The notes beneath the pieces are model-generated. The model had not been told where the DNA came from. It was given only the letters and a program-made list of their open reading frames with translations, and did no database searches. Below are positions 12,480 to 22,657 of a DNA stretch of 64,000 bases, in pieces. Source of the stretch: Phoronis australis (taxonomy: Eukaryota; Animalia; Phoronida). A program made the translations under genes and the position numbers. Where the stretch lies: assembly GCA_002633005.1 (NCBI GenBank), contig NMRA01000485.1:124442-188441 (forward strand), given 5' to 3'. Numbering within the stretch: position 1 is the first letter of the stretch; the number at the start of each line of letters is the position of its first letter.

Positions 12480-15379
12480 CTGGAATAGAAAGCGTCAAAC
12501 TGGAATAACTGAAGCCAGTGATAGTGGACTTTGCGTTGAAGCAATTTGAACTCTATTCAAAAACTGGTTTTATCATGTTTCAATCACAAACGCTAATTTA
12601 AAAAATGACAACGAAGGGTTTTGAATCAATACTAAGTAAAAAACCAAAAACTAAACACTTACGGTAAAACTTTCCAATTTAGAATACAATTAGGCAGACG
12701 AGTCAAATTTTAGTTCATCATTTTTTCCAAAGCTACGTGTGTTGCAACATTTCAAATAAACTTCCATGTTGTTTTGTACAACAGCAAGTAGACAACTTCT
12801 TGAAAAATTGAGAGCATTCCCAGTGATGTACATATAAAAACGTTATTTTAGCATCCATTTTTGTCAAATGCTGGTGAGGTTTTACCATACGTGAACTCCA
12901 ATATAGCTATTACAAACTGCCCTAAGCTGTGCATACAACCCATTCAAGTAGCCCCATTTGTCAAGAACTGATTAATTTAAATTATTCAATCATTAAAGAA
13001 TAGTAAAACAAAAATATTATCATAACAATAGGTAGAGAACGCTTTTGAAGTATATCAAATTGCTTTCCACTGGAGTTCTAAAACTGGCGTTCAAACAAAA
13101 CAAGTGCCCACCGGTCAGATGTCTTCGCATCCCAGCAAAAGAATGGCCAAAAATATGATGGCAGTATGTTAGTCAAGTTTTGAAAGACGACATCAAAAGT
13201 CGCAGCCTATTGATTTCCAACGCGTGATAAATTAAGACATGAGAGACATCGTCTGAAGCACATACAGGATGACATTTTATCGTTGTGACTAATCCCCACA
13301 TTCTATCAAAGTTATTAATATCTTTCCTGAAGCTTAACACAGTAACTGTAGTGTACCTGGTGAAACAGCATGGAAGCACACAGGCTTCATTAGATTTTTT
13401 TGAATATTAGTTTCACAACCATTGAATGGCACTGCTACACACTATTAGATCTAAAAAGAAATATGCACTGTGCGAAGCACACTGCAAGTGATAGGTGGTC
13501 CTACAAATATTGAAATTGTTACTTTTAATACACATGCGAAATACCCTAATTAACTTTGATTAAGTAGAATGAAATGCTGTCTCAGGGGAGCCAAAATTTG
13601 ATTATCTTATGAACATGATAACTCAGATTGACATGAAATTCACGGATATTACAATTGATTAATAGTATACAATGTTACATTAGGAATCATTCCAAAATGA
13701 GAAGATATTTTTAAAAAAACTGAAACAGTCATTTTTCTAATTAAAAAGCTTTAACTTTCAATTATTTATAATCAGGAAGGAAAATGTTTTTGTTCTCTGC
13801 ACAGCTTTCTTACATTTTAATACAAAGACCATGTCACTCAATCAATGGTAGACTGACAAAAGACCCAAAAATAATTTTGCACAATTTCCACTTCAAGAAA
13901 ATGTAAATTTTTACGGTTACAATTAATATTTGTAGTTAGTAGGCCCTGAGCTGTAGGGACTTTTGAAAAGTCTTTGAGAGTACTTCAACCGGGCATTTTT
14001 CATTTTCAATGCTTATTTACTTTCCAAATATAAAACAGTTGCTGTATTTAAAGTTGCTAATTTTCGTGTAATATGCCATTGAATATGATAAAAATTGGTA
14101 TTTTGTCTCTTTTCTTTTGGCTTGTACTGTAAATGTTTAAAACGTTTAAAACACATTTCATTATCTTCACCAGCCTTCTATAGTTTGGCTTAGTTCAAGA
14201 CCTCCCCAGATGTACCAAAATTGGCAAGAATTACTCCGCAACGCTTTCCGCATGTTTTTCAAATGCTGTGAAGAAATATAAACCACACCCAGTCGTGGGA
14301 TCAACTTTATGACACCAGAAGGAACCATGTACCATTACTTAACGATCTCATATCTCTATAGAGATGTACTAATAGTGAAACTGCAGGTGGCAGATCCAGT
14401 TTTAAAAAGGGAAAGTTTCCTCAAATTCAAACGAAAATAATAGCTAGTCATTTTTCATTTTTAAACGCTCACTGCACTGCCAAAAATATTCAGAGTTTTA
14501 TTGTGTGTTTGCTGGTGACAGTGGTACTATATAAAATTTTTCAAATAATAAAGTAAAATTGTTTCCTAGTTTACTCATGTTGAAAATTTTGATGACAAAC
14601 AAATTTCAGTTTTCTGCCATATTGTGAAGAAGCTTGACCATCACCAGATCAGTGTTTAGCATATTTTAATTCACAGTAGTCCATTCCAAATAGGACTTTG
14701 AAATTAGTCAGATAGATTAACAGAGGCATTCATTCTTCATCGCCATTTCACGACTTAAAAAGTTTGCTCTCTTAATGACTAAATAGTCATTAGTATACAA
14801 AGTGTGGGAAAATAAATGCAAAATTGCTAAAAGCGACACGTTTCTGCTTTTTTTGAAGCTTTCTACATCACTGCAAATGTTCATATTTTTAAGAAAAGCT
14901 ATTTAGTCATAGCTGTGCTGCTGTACTACAAGATATGACAATAAATTGCATAAATTTTACAGACATTTTTATTTTTGTCAAAAAGTGTGAAGAAAAAAAC
15001 GTCACTTGTCTGGCATACAGCACCCCACATTACAAGATTATCAAATGTTTCTTGGTTTATCTAATTTGGTACAAGGACAGCACCAAGCATGGAATCAAGA
15101 AAACTGATGAAAAAACGCCGAAGAAAAACACAAGCACAGCGCAAATTCAGGGGATTTCATTTACAGCGCTGCTAACATATTTCAATTGCATTGTGGGACG
15201 GCCCGTGACATCACAGATAACTTGGTGGAGTATTTAAGCATATCAAGACTGTAGCTACAGTTGTTTCTAAGAAACAACAGCAGTTCCACCCTATTTCAAC
15301 TATAATTTTTACAGGAAAATAAAAAGAAGTATCTCCACGCAACACTATCTCAATCATATGCGCAAACAAAACTCCTGTA

Positions 15380-15512
15380 TTTCAAACATGGCTCAAGATT
15401 TTTGACATGGTTCTAACAGCTTTCCAAATATGGCACAAGATTTCCAAATATGGCTCAATATTTCCAAATATGGTTCAAGATTTCCAAATATGGCTCAGAA
15501 CTTTCAAACAAG
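15380..15512. repeat. 20-bp tandem repeat (TTTCCAAATATGGCTCAAGA-like), four good units plus degenerate flanking units
   Basis: Direct reading. Confidence 0.92.
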
Positions 15513-17248
15513 GTGAAGCACCGAGTATTAATACATGTAAAGAGGTAAAAGAGCGACACCTGGGGAATGTTACAAGAAAATTCGATTTAAGACAGAAATT
15601 TGGTTTGACGCCCCCAATTAACAGTTTCTGAAAATGGTTTAGCCAAATAATTATAAGTGTTTCACAGTTTACAAATAAATTATAGAGATTATCTCAGTAA
15701 CTAGCAATTCTGCTTACATTCTCAGAGACTTCGTATTTCGTTCAAGTGAGATTTGGTTATTTTTCAAAAATAGTTGTGCAGAGCGTAAGTCTAAAGTCAC
15801 TTTCCATGAAACAGACCTTGCTGTAATTCCACACTTTTCTTTGTACCCACAAGTACAGCAAAGTCCCATTCACACACAGCCTACCCTAGAACAACTTGTA
15901 CTACTACCCCACTTTTAAGTTGAGGGTCCCCATACACAAACATAATATATCCTATAACTAGGGTAACGCGGAAGTTGTCGCTCTATGCGCGACAATGAAC
16001 GCCTGATGCCAATACGGCGTGCAAGAGAAAACCCGTCTGTATATAACTGCAGCTGATAATTACTTCCACCCTACTCCACTTTTGCGTCCACACAGTGATT
16101 ACAAGTGGTGCAAGTTACCCTGGTGCAAGTTAGCCCACCTCGATAATGTGAAGTAAGTTGTCTCAAGTGGGGAAAGTTGCGCTTGTTTAATATGTGTGCA
16201 GACAGCACACAAACCTAGCAACAACACTTTCCAGGAGTAACTTATTCTAGGATCAGTCTGTGGGTGGACAGCATATATAAGTCTTTATCTATTTAGCACA
16301 TACCGTAGTATAGGAGACAGGTGAAAGAATTTTCCACAGATTAGAAAAAAAGATTAAAAAACGAGTACTGGTATATTACTAGCTTGATTTGCATAGACTA
16401 AATGTCATAAAACACTACTTGGTAAAGATTCTATTACTTGTAGTATTTGAAAAATGGAAAAATGACATTTTGGCAATTATTTCCGCACAAAATAAGTGGA
16501 GAATTACCCTACATACTGAGCATAAGAGCACATGGATGAAGATTGTGTTATGTAACAGTTGGTTTGCAGGGAATGATTAAGTTTATTGGAAAATTGTTGA
16601 CCCAAGGGATATTGACCATAAACTTAGTATGTAACAAAGGTACACAGTAATACCTGGTGAAATGAGCAGACTTGGCAGAACCAATATGTTGGCTTGTCAA
16701 GTGTAGTAGTGTTGGGGAATACTAGATGTCTTCACTTCAATAACAAACATAAAAATCCTTAGGCGGGTGAGAACACAAATGACTCAGGTGCTAGTATGCC
16801 CAGTGCTGTTCATGAACTATGACCCATTGTCATGTAGCCACCACATGTATTTTGGCACATTGGCAAAAACTGGAAAATGGCAATGCATTAGACATAAACG
16901 TATATACAGGGCCTATCCCTCGCCTGAGGGGAAAGGTACCTGCGCCTTTTAAAAAGGGAACTTTTTCAGTTGAGGGGAAATCCCTCTTTACCACCAATTC
17001 CACCGCTCCGGTTGTCACCACCTCCCCATCGCCACCCCTTGTTCGCACTGAACCAAATACCTGAAGTCAGCATTTTAAGCAAGTTTTTTTTGTTCTGGTT
17101 TAGTTATTTCAAAGATATTTTTTACTTCTAAGCTGATATCTGAAGAGAAAATAATGCTCAAAATTTGAAACATTGTCAGTGTTCTCCATGACCTGTTTCA
17201 ATACATCGCCGTAAAACCTAACTTGCACACTGGCCCACGTCCTGTTTG

Positions 17249-18564
17249 AAAATATAACAATTCGGTAGTATCTTTTACTGCACAGTTACTAAGAACAAAG
17301 AACTAGGTTTACTTTCAAACTTCTTGTGTTTAATACCTGGCTGTCTTGAAGTGATCAACCAACAAGCTACATATATTGAGCTAGTGCCCTTGACTGAAGT
17401 GTACAATCCGATTGAAGCCAAGGCGCCATTCAGAAGAAGTCAGAACCAAGTCACTCTGTAGAAGTCTTTCCAACAAAAAGGCTATAAAAAGTACTTTGGA
17501 CATGCATGCAGTTAAGATAGGGTTATTTTCAGAGCACAACTATCAAAACTTTTATGTTTTCTATCATGATAAAGGTTTTCAAATTCATCTTGTTCGTACA
17601 GAATTTTGGTTTGTCACGCAAAATCGTACAGTGTCAGTAGGTAATATCGAGCCTGTTTTCAAGAATAAAAACTTGGCAAAGGTCCAGAGACTGACATGCA
17701 GGGATATCCCTGGACTGAGCCTTTGCACCATCAGCGCGTGAAAAAATAAAAAGGCACAAGAACGTCCCAGCAGAGCGTCCCCCCGGCACATCTTTTACAT
17801 CGCAACAGTCTTCCAAAAATTGCAAGATTCTAGTCAGTTTAGTCACTTAAAATATGACTATGCTCCTATTTTAATTGGCTTGGTGGTTCCTGTTTCATAT
17901 ATGTTTTTATTTACACTAAGTCTGCTGGGCACAACTTTTTGAAAAAAGACACTTTTTATCATCAGGAGTGCCCAAAGAGCACTGGTTCAAACCTGGTCAG
18001 CAATGTCCCTGGACATGCGTATTTTCCGGCATTACAAGATTACAAAGCCATTATGGATTAGCTTATCCCATTGGACAAATCAAGTTTAAATGAAGCATTG
18101 CTTGGATTCCCACATTGTTGTGGCCAGGGTTACCCACACCCAATCCAAGCATGGTAGGAAGTCTACCAGTACACATATTGAAAGGGCAGGATTTATTGTC
18201 CAACACTCGCCTTGCACATCAAATGTTGGCCCGCACATGTTCAAATTACAATCGCGTGAAAAATTTTATATACTATGCTGAGCATAATTGCATGGAGTCG
18301 AACTCTTCAAAAGCACTTGTTCATTTGAAGATTTGACAGTACTTAGTTCATTTCACTTGACACTCCATATGCGGTCAACTCATAAACTAAGGCATTCACT
18401 AAGCTCATTGGCTGGGTCACTACTAATTATAATATGACATCAACAGGTCAAAGATGGAGGGCTTGATTCGTTATTGTTACAAAGCAGTGAAAAGAAGCAA
18501 AATATAACGAAGTACGACCGTTTATGATTTCATGTATCTAGGTAACTGAATACGATTTTGTCAG
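17249..18564 (+). repeat. About 1.3 kb direct duplication, copy 1
   Basis: Collinear and highly similar to 19442-20846 (near-identical paired ORFs in the track), with small indels. Confidence 0.95.
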
Positions 18565-18837
18565 CGTTTACTCGTTTACGTTGCTCCAACCACAGACTAC
18601 AAGTGGAAGTGGGTAGACACGAGAAAGTGGAATATTACAATAGATTATGTATGGCTTGCAATGATGGTCTTGTAGAGGATGAATACCATTTCCTGTTGGT
18701 TTGCAAGGGATATTGTGAACTAAGGTCACGTTTTATGAAGGAATTTCAATGGAGGCATCCAACTCAAGAATCCTGTATACGCCTGCTCGCTAATCCAGAT
18801 ATATCTGCTGTTAAATATGTGTATTTTGCCCTTAAAA
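18565..18837 (+). mobile_element. 3' fragment of a CR1/L2-group LINE ORF2 (C-terminal Cys/His domain)
   Basis: FTRLRCSNHRLQVEVGRH...RLCMAC...VEDEYHFLLVCKGYCELR is the characteristic C-terminal motif of CR1/L2/Daphne-type RT proteins. It is cut off by the N at 18838. Confidence 0.85.
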
Positions 18838-19441
18838 NAGTGAGTCACCTGTCAATCACATGTTGGTGTCAAGGTAACATGCACTGCAAAGTGTGGGAAC
18901 TTGCGCACATGCACCAAAATGACTACAAAGTCACACATCAAAAGAGAATAGCCCTAAGTAACAAAAACGGGCGTGACTATGTATTTTTAAGCTGTTGTTA
19001 CGAAAGACCCAGTTCTTTACGATATTCCTCCGTTGCTTATGTTACCCAAAACTGCGATGTCAAGTATATTCCGATATTTCCCCGCTCGATGCTCCCTAAG
19101 CCCATGCCCGTAGCTAGCTGTGTGCATCTCCTACCCACTATCGCCAATTTTCAATTAGTCTACGTCGTAGATATTTCAGACTCGAATGGTAAGAATTTTT
19201 GTTCAGGCTGAAACTGGCCAATGTATAAACAAAATTATTCTGGATGGCGAAAAAGGGGATGTGGAAACGATAAGTCACACAGTCACGCTTATACGTGGGA
19301 GCTGATGCAAGAAATAGTAAAGAACAGCCAGCCACATTAGTTAAATCTGCTAATGCCAGTTTGACTGAGATGCAATAAGCGAAAAACAACTAGAGGGTGC
19401 GCGGTTAACAGAGCATGGGCGTTAACCCGAACGTTTACGGT

Positions 19442-20846
19442 AAATATAACAAATTGGAAGTATCTTTACTGCACGGTTACTAAGAACAAAGAACTAAGTT
19501 AACTTTCAAACTTCTTGTGCTTAATATCTGGCTGTCTTGAGGTGATCAACCAACAAGCTATATATATTGAGCTAGTGACCTTGGCTAATAAATACGACAC
19601 TGACTTGACTGAAGTGCAGAATCCGATAGAAGCCAAGGCGCCATTCAGAAGAAGTCAGAACCAAGTCACTCTGTAGAAGTCTTTCCAACAAAAAGGCTAT
19701 AAAAAGTACTTTGGACATGCATGCAGTTAAGATAGGGTTATTTTCAGAGCACAACTATCAGAACTTTTACGTTTTCTATCATGATAAAGGCTATCAAATT
19801 CATCTTGTTCGTACAGAATTTTGGTTTGTCACACAAAATCGTACAGTTTCAGTACGTAATTTCGAGTCTTTCCATCATTATCTACTTGACAAGGCTCAAA
19901 TAAGATGTTTTCAAATCAGGTTGCTTCAACCACGTGTTTTCAAGAATAAAAACTTGGCAAAGGTCCAGAGACTGACACGCAGGGATATCCCTGGATTGCG
20001 CCTTTGCACCATCAGCGCGTGAAAAAATAAAAAGGCACAAGAACGTCCCAGCAGAGCGTCCCTCGGGCACATCTTTTACATCGCAACAGTCTTCCAAAAA
20101 TTACAAGATTCTAGTCAGTTTAGTCACTTAAAATATGACTATGCTCTATCCTGATTGGCTTGGTGGTTCCTGTTTCATATATATGCTTTTATTTACACGA
20201 AGTCTGCTGGGAAATCTTTTTGAAAAAAAGGCACACTTTTTATCATCAGGTGTGCCCAAAGAGCCCTGGTTCAAACCTGGTCAGTAATGTCCCTGGACAT
20301 GCATATTTTCCAGGACTGCAAGATTACAAAGCCATTATGGATTAGCTTATCCCATTGGACAAATCAAGTTTAAATGAAGCATTGTTTGGATTCCCACATT
20401 GTTGTGGCCAGGGTTACCCACACCGAATTCAAGCATGGTAGGAAGTCTACCAGTACATATATTGAAAGGGCAGGATTTATTGTCCAACACTTGCCTTGCA
20501 CATCAAATGTTGGCAAGCACGTGTTCAAATTACAATCGCGGGAAAAATATTATATAAAGACATACTATACTGAACATAATTGCATGGAGTAGAACTCTTC
20601 AAAAGCACTTGTTCGACAGTACTATATATTCACTTCACTTGTCACTCCATATGCGGTCAACTCATAAACTAAGGCATTCACTGAGCTCATTGGCTGGGTC
20701 ACTACTAATTATAATATGACATCAATAGGTCAAAGATGGAGGACTTGATTTGTTATTGTTACAAAGCGGTGAAAAGAAGTAAAATATAACGAAGTACAAC
20801 CGTTTATGATTTCATGTATCTAGGTAACTGAATACGATTTTGTCAG
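19442..20846 (+). repeat. About 1.4 kb direct duplication, copy 2
   Basis: Collinear with 17249-18564. Carries about 60 bp extra near 19867-19930 and about 20 bp extra near 19584. Confidence 0.95.
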
Positions 20847-21069
20847 TACTAGGACATTCAATATATATTTTGCCCCCACCCTGGCATTTCTTTTGATTTC
20901 GGTCCATTTCACATTTTTAGTGAAAAAGTTGTAATGGGTCTTCAGCTCTATTTGAGCTGATGTATATATTACTTGTTTCACTATTCATGACATTGTGTAC
21001 TTGGCCCAAAAGAGCAAGTATTTTCTTATGTATATGATAGCTGCAATTTACTGTCAATGTATAAAATAC

Positions 21070-21459
21070 CTTTGACTCATGACCATGTAGCTGGGATAAC
21101 GTTGGTCGTCGATTGATGTCCTCCATGTTAGCAGCAGCTGACATCAAGTTTCGATAGTGGTCCACGTGTGGTAAAGCCTCATGTGTGTTCTTACCAAATG
21201 TTTTAAGATTTTCCGTGTTGTACCCATAGCTACGAATAGTGTGACTGGGTGACATAGGTGGTGAACTTGAACTGAATGTGTCTTGGACTTCTTCATCACT
21301 TGCAGTTGCTGTCGTGTTAACAGTAGGCGTGCATGTTGTCGGCTTCTCACTCTCCGACTCCGGTTTCTCATCTTCGTCAGCGAAATGAAGAACTTTAGCA
21401 ACCTTAAATCGTCCTTTTGGTTGATCATCGCCGTCACGGCCCGAGTCTGGCTGAAGCAT
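21070..21459 (-). CDS. First coding exon of an SLC12 cation-chloride cotransporter (NKCC/NCC, SLC12A1/2/3-like), N-terminal regulatory domain
   Basis: Translation MLQPDSG...GRFKVAKV...YGYNTENLKTFGKNTHEALPHVDHYRNLMS...RRPTLSQLHGHESK matches the NKCC N-terminus (human NKCC1 [21 protein letters not shown]...RPSLAELH). It includes an RFxV SPAK/OSR1 docking motif. An in-frame TGA lies upstream of the ATG at 21459. Similarity ends at a phase-0 donor AAG|GTATTT (21070/21069). The ORF-track extension to 20917 is intronic read-through. Confidence 0.92.
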
Positions 21460-21532
21460 GTTCGATTCAGATAGTTTTCCTTTTTCGTGAGGAAGTTTTT
21501 CTGTTCTTCAATTTTGTTTTCCGAATGAATGA

Positions 21533-21610
21533 CTATCTATCGACCGCCATTTTAGCTCTCCCTCTGTTGTACGGTTGGGAAATAAAATATGCAGCGCCCC
21601 CTTTTATGTA
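21533..21610 (-). promoter_or_regulatory. Putative TSS-proximal region of the SLC12 gene with YY1-type motif / short uORF
   Basis: Minus-strand AAAATGGCGG (21553-21544) matches the YY1 consensus about 90 bp upstream of the ATG. The same ATG opens a 5-codon uORF (MAVDR-stop). Confidence 0.45.
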
Positions 21611-22537
21611 TTGTAAAGTACATCAGTAAGGGCTAAGTATTTTGCTAGTGAAATCGTTGAGCGTGAATAATTTTCGCTCTGTCTGTGTATCCTATAATAT
21701 AACATTAGCAGAAGTAACCACTAAAATAAGTGATAGATGACACAAATTTGAGAAATTAAAAACTGGTGATAACTTTATCTTGTAGACCTATACATAGACT
21801 CTTAGTATGCATGCCGACCGGACGTCAGTGCCCGCCGACTGCTTACTCAGACAAGCCGGGTGACCTTTTCACGACCAGAGTCCCCAATAACGGGTTCTTT
21901 TCCTAAAAAATACCTATGAAAGGATGTTTTGTCCAATTTTATTCCCCCACAAATTGTTCATTTTGGATGAGTTCGAAACTCTCCAAACCGTGTCCGATTA
22001 GAGAATTACTGAGTGAGTCCGAGGTTTTCTTATTTTAGTCGCAAAAGTTTTACGGTACTCAATTTTGACAACATGAGATCTGTTCCAGTACAGTTTAAAG
22101 CACATGGGTTAAAATTTTTGCAGCCAGTCCAAGCGGAGTCCCTACAAAACTTAGAATTAATTCTCCCCTGTACAGGCAAAAACTGTGGTCTGCCCGGCGC
22201 CGTGCCTTTCTGAAACAAAAACTAAAGTTAGACTTTGGCAAGGTAAGGAGCTCCCTCAGACGACACCTTTTTGAATATACTCTCTTGCTGTATGCACGGG
22301 TTGGAATCCTAATTTTCCATCTGGATCTTCCGTCGTCAACAATTTAGTCGACTAAACACCGCGGGCCAGGATCGTGGGTCAGTCGCCGAAAATCGGAGTG
22401 TAACCCGTTAAGCCTTCCGGCCTGTCCGACTTTTCAGGCGCCGGGTATTGAGAACAGCAAATATGATTCTAGGCTTATATTGGACGACAATATTTGTAAT
22501 TTTTAGAGAAACTAGTCTCCGAGCCTGTAATAGTAAG

Positions 22538-22657
22538 CAAAAGGGGTCATGGCCCCCCTAAAATTCTCTCAGTCTAGATTATACGTTTGGCAGTTCGGGG
22601 TGCGAATATCTGACAGGCAAAATTCTGGCTAATACTCNAATCCTGGATCCGCCCCTG
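22538..22657 (-). mobile_element. MITE family A, partial copy containing an N
   Basis: GGGGTCATGGCCCCCC...TTTGGCAGTTCGGGGTGCGAAT...TCCTGGATCCGCCCCTG. About 20-25 bp are missing at the N (22638) relative to other copies. Confidence 0.8.

Larger units (their letters stand above)
1..21069 (-). other. Probable long first intron of the SLC12 gene (next exon not recognised in window)
   Basis: GT donor at 21069-21068. No transmembrane-domain exon (KFGWIxGV-type) was recognised by eye downstream. The region is repeat-rich. Small unrecognised exons cannot be excluded. Confidence 0.55.

Noticed and set aside
18839-19211. Second half of the 217-aa ORF
   Set aside because: Fused to the LINE fragment only through an N; no protein-like similarity.
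20917-21069. C-terminal 50 aa of the 180-aa ORF
   Set aside because: Lies beyond the GT donor and has no SLC12 similarity; intron read-through.
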